Assembly: GCA_951406725.2 (NCBI GenBank)
Contig: OX597822.1
Location: 61,814,001-61,878,000 of the forward strand
DNA: 64,000 nt
Source: Octopus vulgaris
Taxonomy: Eukaryota
Direction: 5' to 3'
The notes under the pieces were generated by a model, which saw only the letters and a list, made by a program, of their open reading frames with translations, ran no database searches and was not told the DNA's origin. A program made the translations under genes and the position numbers. Numbering within the stretch: the stretch's first letter is position 1; the number at the start of each line of letters is the position of its first letter. Positions 50,838 through 64,000 of the stretch are shown in pieces.

Positions 50838-52202
50838 CTGGGTGCGATGGGTAAACTGTTGCCATTTTATACTTTTTTTATTTCGCGCATACGCTTTTTT
50901 TTCATTTTGTCGACTACACGGTATAGTAGAGTCAGTTGGACACTGACTGTGAGAAAAACAGCACCATGGCGCAATTCGGAAACGACATGCTGTACTGCTT
51001 GGTGTTCGCGTATGTTCCAGTACGAACATTTCAGAATGTTTGAGTGTCGATTTGAGGATATGTACTGAGAGTGATAAAATTAAACATCCAGTCAACATCA
51101 TGATGTTTGGAGTGATCACTAATGATGGCGATGTTATACCTCCATTCATCTTCCCACACGGCCTCAGACTCAACACGGAGGCCTACTTCAAATGCCTGGG
51201 TGAGGTAGTGATGCCCTGATACAATAGGGTGACTGCTGGAAGACTCTATGCCTGGCAATAGGACTCTGAACCATGCCACACAAGCAGGAGAACTCAGTCA
51301 TGGCTGTCAAACAATTTCTGTGACCACATCACCCCTAACATTTGGCCACCTAAATCCCCAGACTGCAACCCATTTAATTATTACGTGTGGTGTGCAGTTG
51401 AGCGAGAAACCAACAAAACTCCTTGTAACACTTGTAACACCAAAGATGAACTGAAGGCAAGGATTATGGCAGCATTCACCAACTTAAACAAGGAGACCGT
51501 CCAGAAGAGTTGCAGGAGATTCCGAAGTCGTCTGGAGGCTGTGGCTTCAGCGATTGTATCTTCTTAATATAAATTTGAGTGATGTGTCTCAGTCTGGAAA
51601 CGCTTTATGTTCGTTAACTCCTTCTAGACCGTTGGTGCAAAGACAACGAAACTCAAACAGGCAACTCCCCTAATCCCAGGCAATGTCCTAAGGAGGTCTA
51701 TTTTTCTAAGGGTTGCCAAACTGGGGCCCCACTGATCCCCCTATTTTTACTGCATTTTAAACAAAATACATGGCATTGGTGACCAAATCGGAGTAATGAC
51801 AATGAATTTCATATTATGAACTCCTAGGGAGTATCGTAAGGAGGTTCAATTCCTGAAGGGCCACTTAAATGTGACCCTATTCGTACTGCATTTATCTCGC
51901 TCCTACCTTTTTTGATTAAATTTTGATCATCATCAGTGCTTAGCACATTTGCAGAAATAAGATTCACTATGCACGAGTAGAGGGACGCGAAGCGGCCCGA
52001 TGGTGGGGCCGAAGGCCTCAAAGGTGCCCTCCACACGATCCACCTTGAATGCCGCCCGAACGGCGACTTCAAGGCTTGTTGAATATATTTAATCTTTAGT
52101 ATTTCAAGATATTTTTATGTAATTTTGGTAAAAATATATGTTGAAACGAGATGTCAGCGTTATTTTCATTTCTGCGTAATTTAGTCTAGTCACTGCACCC
52201 TG
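50838..52202 (+). mobile_element. maT-like (DD37D) transposon, internally deleted, interrupted by a Helitron
   Basis: TA-ctgggtgcg...gcaccctg-TA termini; KHPVNIMMFGVI...WQ*DSEPCH...WPPKSPDCNPFNYYVW, with 37 residues between D2 and the D3 position. Confidence 0.85.
51559..52078 (+). mobile_element. 520-bp non-autonomous Helitron
   Basis: Inserted between A and T with no TSD; 5' TC; subterminal hairpin ccttgaa..cgcc-cgaa-cggcg..ttcaagg; 3' CTTG. The maT sequence is continuous across it. Confidence 0.8.
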
Positions 52203-52213
52203 TACACAAACAC

Positions 52214-52248
<35 letters not shown>

Positions 52249-52269
52249 CATTATTCTTTTTTTATTCCT

Positions 52270-52685
52270 TTTCTTGTTTCAGTCATTTGACTGCGGCCAT
52301 GCTGGAGCACCGCCTTTTAGTCGAAGAAATCGACCGCAGGACTTATTCTTTGTAAACTCGGTACTTCTTCTATCGGTCTTTTGCCAAACCGCTAAGTTAC
52401 GGGAACGTAAACACACCAACATCGATTGTCTGGTGATAGAGGGGAGGACAAATACAGACAGAGAGACACACACATAAATATATACACATGCACAAACATA
52501 CGAACGCACACACATACACACACACACATATACGACGGGCTTCATCTCTATTTTCGTCTACCAGATCCACTCACAAGGTCGGCCCGAGGCTTTAGTAGAA
52601 GACATTTGCCCAAGGTACCACGCAGTAGGACTGAACCCGGAACCATGTTGTTGGCATGAAAGCTCCTTACCATATAGCCACGCTA
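52270..52685 (-). mobile_element. SINE family 1
   Basis: Similarity to other copies. Confidence 0.8.
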
Positions 52686-52814
52686 AAATATCCTAATATC
52701 TTAACAAATTTTCAAGCCGATCACATGGAGGAATGGCGTTTGTTTCCATTTTGGATGAAAACATTTTCAACACAGAAATACACAAATATTATATACACAA
52801 ATATGTATATACAT

Positions 52815-53998
<1,184 letters not shown>

Positions 53999-54545
53999 CA
54001 TACATATATACATTCATACGCACGTACATACATAATATTCTATTATTTATAGAAGAGTTGCAACAATATGAATATAAAGAATATTCTAGTCCTTGTTATT
54101 CAATGTTCAGTTTTTAGCTTAGCAATTATATCTATGATTTATGCGTTATTTTGTTAAAACAAAATCACATATAAGAATGGTGAAATTAAGTGATATATTC
54201 CCACACAGAACATTAAATAATTTCAGTTGTCTTTCTTGATTACTGAAAGTGAAAATAATATCGGAAGTTAACGTAAAATGTATAAATGTATAAAACAAAT
54301 TAAAAAGAAAAAAACTGCATTCGAATGAGTCGCAATCTATTCCTTTTATTTTACTTTTGCCATAGACGAATCAATCTTTGTCATAAACGGCATTATATTT
54401 TAAAATTCCATTTAAAGTTTTAAATATAATTTGCATATAGTTTCATTTTATTAAATTTGCCATTGATACGTTATGCACGCACTCAGACATATGTTCTATG
54501 CATTTATCTGTGTATGTGTCTATGTTTTTACGTGTACACAGACGC

Positions 54546-54604
<59 letters not shown>

Positions 54605-54856
54605 TACACTCCTGGACCACAGCGACATCAGTGACAGCAAATATTTCAATTTCCAGCTGTTTTAAAATTTCGTATTATTTGAATTCTTTTTAAAGAAAAA
54701 TTAAATAAAATTTTTCACTACAATTATATTATATTATATTTTCTTCAAAATTGATTCCTGCAAAAGCTGACGCGAGTGTCTCTACGTGGTCGCTCAAAAT
54801 GCCAGAAATAGCAGCCAAATCTACCTAATGTGACATCATCTCACTGCCTCAAAGTA

Positions 54857-55420
54857 TTGTGTTGTCCGGAAAGTTCGTGCCGGTTTTTAAAAGAAAGAAA
54901 ATAGTCAATAAATACTTGCCATTACACTTTTAATCAACCAAATATGATCCATTTTGTTGCACAATGTGCCTCCATTTTTTTAGACTTAAAAATACCCTCC
55001 TCCCAGAATTGAGATTGTTTCATGGCAAAGAATTCATCAAGGTATCTTTTTAAGTCATCCAAGCAATTGAAAGCTTTACCATTAAGACTATTCTGCAGAG
55101 ACCTGAATAAGTGGACATGCGAAGGAGCAATATCTGGTGAATATGGAGGGTGGACCAACACATCCCAGCCGAGCTGCAGCAATTTTTGTCTGGTTCCCAA
55201 AGCATCAAGTGCCGAAAATGAACATTCTTATCTTCCATTTTAAATGGTTACAGAATTAACACAGGTTATAGGAACATAAACCTTCTTCCATGAAAAGATA
55301 GCTTAAAGTATGTTCTAAATGGAGGTGTAGTCAAATCCTATTTTATGGACTCAATCATTTTCTAGAATAAGTCGAAAGGTAAGCTACTATAAATCGGCAT
55401 GAACTTTCCGGACAACCCAA
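54857..55420 (-). mobile_element. 564-bp non-autonomous mariner
   Basis: TIRs plus TA on both sides; MEDKNVHFRHLMLW fused to TRQKLLQLGWDVLVHPPYSPDIAPS. Confidence 0.92.
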
Positions 55421-55554
55421 TAAAAGAAGTACCTCATCGTTGAATAATGTAGTTGTAGATGCACAATTGCTGATAATACGACTTGGTGGTTGGGCTGAAA
55501 AACCTGTTTGAACGGCGATAATATGGACTAAAACATTATTTTAATCCAAAGTAA

Positions 55555-55750
55555 AGGCAGTGCGCTGGCAGAATCGTTAGCACGCCGGGCAAAGAGCTTC
55601 GCAGCATCTTCCCTTCTGAGATCAAACCCCGCTGAGGTAGACTTTGCCTTTTATCCTTTTAGGGTCGATAAAATGAATACTGGGCTCGATGTAATCGACT
55701 TTCACCCTGCCCCGAAATTAATGGCCGTGTATCAAAATTTGAAATTTTTA
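55555..55750 (+). mobile_element. SINE family 3
   Basis: Similarity to 35705-35935. Confidence 0.75.
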
Positions 55751-56372
55751 TTTCTGCCAACTTGTTTTCTTATTTAGTTGACTTAATCAAATATCGTTGA
55801 AAATGACTGAAACTGTACCAGAAAGTTTAAACTTCCTGAGACCTTCAGCAAATTATAAAGCTGCCTTGGAAAGATTTAACAGCGCTAAATTTTAACGGAT
55901 CTATAAAAGAAGTTTTAATAATCTTTTTTTCTTAATGAAGACCTTGTTTAAACCAAATTAACTTACAATCACCTATTAGGCAATTACCCCATACCTATAG
56001 GGTCACCTTACTATAACAAGTACATGTATTCTTCAATTCAGTCTCTGGTTTCATCCACCGAACTGTGGCCATGCTGGGGCCTTAATTGTTTTTTTGTTTT
56101 TTTCTTTTTTTAAGTTTTTTCGTCATCATACCGAACCCTGTACTTTTATGTCAGCCTGGAAACTATGCTATTGATCAATATTTCATTGGATTGCTAAGCT
56201 GCTTTTTAATTGCAAAACAATTGCTTTAATTACTTTTAATGTTGGGTTATCGACCATAATTAAAACCTACAAGTGTGTGTGTGTATACATCTATATATAA
56301 ATATATACATACATACATACATACATACATACGTACGTACATATATGTTTATAAACACATTTGTATGTGTGT

Positions 56373-56422
<50 letters not shown>

Positions 56423-56463
56423 GCATGCATATATATACGCATATATGTGTATATATGTGTGTA

Positions 56464-56509
<46 letters not shown>

Positions 56510-56559
56510 TACATGCATACTTACACACTCACACGTGCACACACACACACATTTATATA

Positions 56560-57352
56560 TATGGACTGATCAATAAGTATGCGGATAGTTGCCATAGTAA
56601 CGAAGCTAAAGCACGCAGCATAAAGCCGCTCACCAAGCATTGACCTTGACTCTGTTGTGCATGTGCACTGAGTTTTAACGTTCTAGCTCCCTTCTGCAGT
56701 TTACATCAGTGCTTGGAAGGAACGTGTGTAGCGTGTGATCGTCGCATTCACCATGACAGAGTAATTTGAGCATAGAAGCTGCATCAAATTTTGAAAAAAG
56801 CTTGATGGTACCTGCTCAGTAGCCTACGCAAAGACGAGTATATGAACCAAACAAATGTCGATGGTGTCTAACGGTCTGGGAGACTCGAAACCAGCAGAAC
56901 TGAGAAAAACATCGCAGATGCGCGTGCAACTGTGAGGGTAAATCGTCGAATTACTATCCGTGAGTTATCAGAGGATGTGCAGATTAGTTACGGTTCAGGT
57001 CAGTCCATTATCACTGAAGATTTGGGTATGAGACGCGTGTCTACCAAGTTTGTGCCAAAACTGCTTTCAGCGGACAACGCACCTGCCCATTCTGCGCAGC
57101 CTGTGCAGCAGTTTTTGGCTATGCACAGCATTACCCCAATCCGACAGCCACCCAGATCTTGCCCCTTGCGACTTTTTCTCCTTTCCAAAAATCAAATCCC
57201 GCTTGAAAAGATTTCAACGTCCTGAAAAGCAGATTTCAGGACGTTGAGGAAATCGACGTGAATGCGACGAGGCAGCTGCTGATTATCCCAGAAAACGAGT
57301 TCCAGGAATGCTTCCGTCAAAGGAAACAGCGCTGGATCAAGTGTGTGGCTTC
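56560..57352 (+). mobile_element. Mariner remnant, internally deleted, 3' end cut by a LINE
   Basis: RRITIRELSE...KFVPKLLS joined to DNAPAHS...PDLAPCDFF...RWIKCVAS. Confidence 0.85.
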
Positions 57353-59130
57353 TGATATTGCCAATCTGGAATGTATCAGTGATGTTAATCCTCAACACAC
57401 TATACTGGACATAACGTTTGGCACCCCTGATATCTTAGCGGCAATAAACGAAATCAAATACAATTCAGCATTAGGTCCTGATAGGTTCCCTGCTTGTGTC
57501 CTAAAGGTATGCCGACACCAACTTGAATCTCCTCTTGCTTATCTGTAGAGGGACTCACTGGATGCTGGTTATATTCCTGAGAACTTCCTGTCCCAGTCTG
57601 TTGTCCTAGTTTTCAAAAAAGGAGACAAGTCCCTTGCAGTGTACTACCGGCCAATCTCGCTCACCTCTCATATCATCAAGTTATTTAAGAGGGTGGTGAG
57701 ATCACGTATAACCCACTTTCTTGAAAGTAACAGACTGCTGAACCCCAACCAACATGGGTTCCGTAATGGAAGGAACTGTCTAACGCAGCTCCTGAATCAC
57801 CTTGATGACATTTTGAGAGCTTTGGGAGAGGGCTCGAATACTGATGTCTACTACCATGATTTCAGCAAGGCCTTTGATAGGGTGGATCATAAAATCCTCT
57901 TAAAAAAACTATCCAACATTGGTGTCTCTGGAAAGTTACTACAATGGATCAAGTGGTTCCTGTCTTGTTGTAATCGAAGGAATGAAATCAAGCCCAACCA
58001 AAGTCAGAAGTGGTGTTCCATAAGGCACTGTGTTGGGCCCACTTCTTTTCATCATCTATATCAATGACATTACTAACATCATCAAGTACAGTAACATAAG
58101 AATCTTTGCAGATGATTCCAAGATCCATAAAAACATCAATGAAGTGGGTGACCGGGCATGCCTTCAGTCAGATCTACTGGCTGTCATCCCATGGGCATAA
58201 AAGAGTAATATGTTGCTGATCGAGGACAAATTTGAGTAAATCCATTTCGGAAAAGCGGATACCCTGAAACTCCCATATTCCCTTCCTTCAAGTGGAACTC
58301 TCATGGCACCCAACAACACCAGAGACTTGGGAGTAATTGTGGACAACAACATAAGTCGGACCGGTCATATAAACAGCAAAGTTGACATGGCCCGCAGAAT
58401 GTGTTCCTGGATTCTCAGAATTTTCCAGTCGAGATATATCCACACCATTACCTTCTCTTCTCTACTTTGCCCGACCCCACTTTGAATACTGTTGTCCACT
58501 ATGGTCTTCCTACATGAAACAAAGTCTCATGAAAACTGAAGTACCTCAAAGGTCCATTACAAAAAAGATACATGGCATGAGAGGCCTTGACTATTGGGAT
58601 CAACTAGAAAAGCTAAAACTTTATTCTCTCCAACGCCGCCGTGAGCACTACATCATCTGCATGATGTGAAAAATATTCCATCAGAATTGCCCAAATGAAG
58701 TTGGCATCGCCTTTAAGATATACCCAAGACTTGCACCCCGTGCTATCCGCCCACAACAGAAATCATACTTGTATTACACGACAACAATACAGCACAATTA
58801 TTTCACCTCAATTAGCCCTGCTCTCATTACCATTACCCAAAACACATTAAAGCAGGAACAGATCCCATAAAATTCAAGAAGACTTCGGACAAATTCCTTC
58901 AAAGCATCCCGTATAAACCTCCAATACTCGGATATGTCTCCGTAAACAATAACTCTCTCCACGAGTGGGCGATGTTGTCCGATTCCTGATTTAAATTGCC
59001 AGGTGGTGCTACTAAGTTAGACATGGCCTGGGCCAGTACTGGCCGAAACCTATCAAAGTATGTATGTATGTATGTATGTATGTATGTATGTATGTATGTA
59101 TGTATGTATGTATGTATGTATGTATGTATA
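57353..59130 (+). mobile_element. Older CR1-group LINE (family D) with (GTAT)n tail
   Basis: YRPISLTSH, QHGFRNGRNCLTQLL, DFSKAFD, FADDSK, RDLG, LYSLQRRRE; many lesions. Confidence 0.88.
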
Positions 59131-59256
59131 TACATTCATACACACATATATATACAGGTATATATATGTATGTATGTATATGAATATATATATATATATA
59201 TGTATATATATGTATCTATGTATATGAATATATATACATGTATGTATATGAATATG

Positions 59257-59310
<54 letters not shown>

Positions 59311-59756
59311 GAAAATGTAAAATGTATAGTAAATATACAAACGAAAAGTAAGAAACGTATAACGTACATGGAGTGCAGAAACAGACGGAAGACAGACACA
59401 GATGGTCCTTAATTCTTCATCAGTTATCAACCAAGTGGTATTACTCAGTTTTGCACCATTAATGATAATCAGAGATGTTTCTCATGCTGGCAGTGCCCGC
59501 GAAAGTTGCGTAGCAAACAATACATGGATAACAAGTGGTACAGAAGTGGACATACGAAAGTGAATAAATGTAATTAAGACGATGGACGAAGGACAAATAC
59601 GAAATAAATAAGAAACGTGCAGAATACAGTTTTAGGGCCAAAAGAGCATGAATGGTGGGTAATGCTTAGAGGGCAATTCTAAAGAATTAGAAAAACAACA
59701 AAAAGCAAGACCAGTGCATCTGCGTACCAGTGGGACACAAAGAATTTAAGACCTTA

Positions 59757-59903
59757 GTACGTAACTGGTACTTATTTAATCGACTCCGAAAGGATGAAAG
59801 GCAAAGTCGACCTCGGCGGAATTTGAACTCAGAACGTAGCGGCAGACGAAATACCGCTAAGCATTTCACCCGACGTGCTAACGATTCTGCCAACTCGCCG
59901 CCT
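59757..59903 (-). mobile_element. SINE family 3
   Basis: Reverse complement of ggcggcgagttggcagaatcgttagcacg...taagtaccag. Confidence 0.8.
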
Positions 59904-60619
59904 TATCTCTGTTTAATAATAGCTGAAATTAAACTTGGTTGGTTGGTTGGTGATTGATTTTTTCCAGTCGCGCTTTATATGGTATATATACAGAGAGTGA
60001 AGGAGAGTGAGAGTTGATGTAAGACGTGCGCAGAATGAGTGATCAGCAGGCAGTAAGTGAACGAACGTGCGACACACACCCGCACATTGTAAGAGAATAA
60101 GAATCATAAAGATAGAAGGGGGAGGACGAAGAGGACAAGGAGGAGAGGAGAAGGAAGAGTGCGAAGGGGGGAATGTACATATACGTGTGTGGGAGAAAGA
60201 AAGAGGGAGGTTGGGTGAACTTCCATGGTATAAAATCAACACAGAGAATAATTATATTTTCAATATATTTTCCTTTTTTGAAAACTGTTCATTTTATTTT
60301 ATCTTAAGGTACTAAGTATTTCACTTTTGAAAATCAGTATTCATTTTTACATTTTATATAAGCACTAAGAAATTTGATAAACACTGAATTATGATTATTG
60401 TATGTATGCCATATATTCTCATATAACCCATTGTGGCAAAAGGATACTCCCAAAGTTATCCGTCATGTGAAGGATAACACTCTTGTATATATAATAAACA
60501 CGAGTGTTCATTCTCATTCTCAATTTTTGCAAAGTACCTGCTCTATTCCAACTAGGTTTATATTTTATGCCTCCTATTCAGAGGGAAATATTAAAAAACA
60601 AAATCATGAAAATTTGTTG

Positions 60620-61000
60620 CCGGCTGTGTGGTAAGTAGATTGCTTACCAGCCACATGATACCGGGTTCAGTCCCACTGTATGACAACTTGAACAAGTGTC
60701 TTCTACTATAGCCTCGGGCCGACCAAAGCCTTGTGAGTGGATTTGATAGACGGAAACTGAAAGAAGCCCGTTGTATATATGTATATATGTATGTGTGTGT
60801 GTTCGTATGTCTGTGTTTGTCCTTATGTCGCTTGACAATGGATGTTGGTATGTTTACGTCTTCGTAACTTAGCGGTTCGGCAAAAAGACCCATAGAATAA
60901 GTACTAGGCTTACAAAGAATAAGTTCTGGGGTCGATTTGCTCGACTAAAGGCAGTGCTCCAGCATGGCCGCAGTCAAATGACTGAAACAAGTAAGAGAGT
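60620..61000 (+). mobile_element. SINE family 1
   Basis: Similarity to other copies. Confidence 0.85.
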
Positions 61001-61224
61001 AACGGTATTTAGGATCAATTATTTAACTCTCGCTCTCACTAACTCACTCTCTCGCTCTCTCCCTCTCTTCCTGTCATACAAAGATACATGATATATGTGT
61101 GGGTATGCATACACACAAGCATATAAATTGATTATAGAGAGATATCTATGTGTGTGTGTGTGTGTAGATACATGCATAAATGTATATATGTATATGCGTA
61201 TACACATGAATATATATATAATCG

Positions 61225-61665
61225 CGGTCGTGACTGTGTGATAAGAAGCTTGCTAGGCGCGGTAATGGCTGTGTGGTAAGAAACTTACTTCCTAACCACA
61301 TGGTTCCGGGTTCAGTCCCACTGCTTGGCACCTTGAGCAAGTGTCTTCTATTATAGCCTCGGGTCGAACAAAGCCTTGTGAGTGGATTTGGAAGCTGAAA
61401 GAAGCCTGTCGTATATGTATATATGTATATATTTATGTGTATGCGTTTGTGTGTGTGTTTGTTCCTCCGCCATCGGTTGACGACTGATGCTGGTGTGTTT
61501 ATGTCCTCATAACTTAGCGGTTTGGCAAGAGAGATCGATAGAATATTACTAGGCTGACAAACAATAAGCCCTGGGGGTCGAGTTCTTCGACTAAAACCCC
61601 ATTAAGACGGTCATCCAGAATGGCCACAGTCAAATGACTGAAACAAGTAAAAGAATGAAAGAAGT
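61225..61665 (+). mobile_element. SINE family 1 with a duplicated head segment
   Basis: Similarity to other copies. Confidence 0.82.
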
Positions 61666-61799
61666 AAAGTTAATATTTAACATTATAGTCGATTTCGATA
61701 TAATCATATTTAATAATAGAGTTTATTATAAGTAAATTTTTATTTAGATTATATAGATTATTTATATCTTAAAAATATTGATTATATTTTAGGTTTTGA

Positions 61800-61853
61800 A
61801 ACCACCTGAAGAATGTCTCATAGAAGTGCTGACACGAAACGATCGTAGTGGTT
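61800..61853 (+). ncRNA. Type I hammerhead ribozyme motif
   Basis: Stem I AACCAC/GTGGTT, core CTGAAGA, stem II (A)TGTC/GACA(C), GAAA, palindromic stem III ACGATCGT, GTA cleavage triplet. Confidence 0.75.
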
Positions 61854-61948
61854 ATTTTAATTAAATTTAATTTATATAAATTATTTTATGTATTGGCTTA
61901 AGTCTTTCTTTGTTTGATTTGCATAATAGTGGTTTTGTCTCTAATTTA

Positions 61949-62009
<61 letters not shown>

Positions 62010-62171
62010 AAGTTTGAAAATGCAATTTTAAAGATATTTATTCACTTGACCGGTTTTTACGTACGCTTAAAATATTTTAGTCCAATATATGCAAACCTCA
62101 TTAAAAAGTATGAATATTTATATTAAAGCAGATATTAGTACATGAAACATACCTATTATATACATATAAAT

Positions 62172-62548
62172 ATATGTCGACTGATCAATAAGTATCCGGA
62201 CTGTTGCAATAGAAACGAAGCTAAGGCAAGTAGGATGAAGCTACTTGACACTAATTGACCTTAATCTCTGCTGTACATGCGTACTTAGTTTTAACATTTT
62301 CTAGCTCACTTCTACTGTGTACAGCAGTGTTTGGAAGGAAGGTGTGTAGTGTGTGATCGCTGTATTGATCGCTGTATTGACAAGAGAAAGTTGAGCAGAG
62401 AATCTGCATCAAATTTTGGCAAAAGCTTGGTGATATGGTAATACCTGCTCAGAGGCCTACGCAAAGTTTTCAATAGGTTTTCTGCGATGTTTTTCTCAGT
62501 TCTGCTTGTTGCTGGTCTCCCAAAACGTTCGTCAATATCGACAATATA
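62172..62548 (+). mobile_element. Mariner 5' remnant (family of 56560) with an inverted internal piece
   Basis: gactgatcaataagtat.cgga terminus; 62478-62548 is the reverse complement of the segment at about 56855-56920. Confidence 0.75.
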
Positions 62549-63681
62549 GATAACTGTCTGGATATGTGATGAAAAAAAAACAATTATGACCAATCATATT
62601 TGTATTATTATTTACACTATTCCTATGTGTTGTCTGTATGTGTTTGATTGACCAGTGCTGCCACATCTGGGTTACAAAAAACAAATCACACATCTTTTGG
62701 AAATTTTCAAAGGTGTGAATGGCATAGGACATCTTATTAACTGATCAACGTCCTACCTGCAATTCTTGTGCATATATATAATTCTATTTTAGGCTACTTT
62801 CTAATTCAAGCCGTTGCTTTTGAAAACTTTATACTACATTTTATAAAACTGATCTTGTAACTCAGCGGTTATCAGCGAAATCTATTATCTGAAAAATTCG
62901 CATCATTATTTTCTTTCTTCTATGTTTCTTCGTTACATACAAACATACGCACGTTCAGTTTTATACATTAGGATTATGACTGTAAACTTAGTATAGATGG
63001 AAATAGTTTTTCTATAGATAGGAATGTTCTTTTTCTATGGTTTCATAAAATTAAAATCATAAATAACTGCAACAATTATTTATAAATATCAAGGTCATAA
63101 GTTGAAAGTTATTACATTAATTTAGAAGATTCTTGCTTCTTTCATGGACAACTCGCTTTGTCTTAATATTCTATATTCAAACGCAATAGCTAGAAATGCA
63201 CACACAAAACAAACTCTGTTTCCTATGAGGTTCTTAAGGGATTAAAGCCGTATCGATTTTCTTAAAACATTTTTTCATATCGCTGTAAATATTTAATTAT
63301 TAAGTTCGCTTTTTAAACAATATATGCATTAGTTTTCGAAGGAGTAAGTTACAATTATTTCCTTTATTTATTACATGAGAGTTTTTGTGTTTATTTTTAA
63401 ATTTTCACTTTTATAAAGGAACTAGAAAGAAAATATTCTTTAGACAATTTTGAATAGGACTTCTGAATAGGATATCAATAAATTGTAAAAGAAAATGAGT
63501 ATGGTGTATGAAACATGACACTAAATACCAAACGTAAAAAACTCATCTTGAAAACATGAAGACAAGTAATCAAAGTAAAGTGAAAATGAAGGAACAAAGC
63601 CAATATTACAACTCAAACGGCAGCTGGAAGAGAAAGCGGCTAGTTAAGAAAGAGCAGCGTTCGCATGTAGCTAAGACATAG

Positions 63682-63853
63682 ATTGATTTCTTTATTGGCC
63701 ACGCAGGGCTGAATACAGAAGGGACAAAATACAAAGTAGAGCTTTTCTTTTTGAGAAAAGAAAGAAAAAAATAGAAGGGGGTCAATTTCCGATCAAAAGG
63801 GATCGTGAAAAAAAAAATAAAAGTGTGGCCGATCAATAGGGATCGTGTATCAC
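63682..63853 (-). mobile_element. L1/Tx1-type 3' UTR fragment
   Basis: Matches 39770-39880; AATAAA near the 3' end on the minus strand. Confidence 0.7.
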
Positions 63854-64000
63854 ATAGATTATTAATATAATTTATTTGCCTGGATTAGCTGGACATCTGT
63901 AGCGTATCTGCACTGTGCAGTGAAATATTGAAAGGAGTAACAATAGGCATGAGCTGTTCAAATGGAATAGTAAAATTAATGCCTTAATTGTTGAAAGGAA

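Overview
This is AT-rich eukaryotic DNA made almost entirely of nested transposable elements and (TA)n/(TATG)n/(CA)n/(GATA)n microsatellites. The tRNA-derived SINE families look like those of Octopus (inferred from recognition, not a database search). I found no host protein-coding gene; every long ORF is TE-derived and most short ORFs are microsatellite artefacts. Retroelements: CR1-group LINEs (three copies of one family, one with an uninterrupted 525-aa RT ORF, plus an older family), RTE, R4/Dong and L1/Tx1 LINE remnants, several Penelope-like (GIY-YIG) elements with inverted pseudo-LTRs, and three SINE families. DNA elements: Tc1, maT (DD37D), several mariners and two non-autonomous Helitrons. 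Most interesting: (i) a well-formed type I hammerhead ribozyme at 61800-61853; (ii) a non-coding ~805-bp tandem unit arranged as a head-to-head palindrome inside a SINE, carrying a permuted hammerhead-like GAAAC...CTGATGA motif that recurs in an unrelated repeat; (iii) a 3'-terminal stem-loop shared, with compensatory changes, by two LINE families and two SINE families, including a SINE tail swap; (iv) a high density of fold-back inversions. Most boundaries were read by eye and are approximate.
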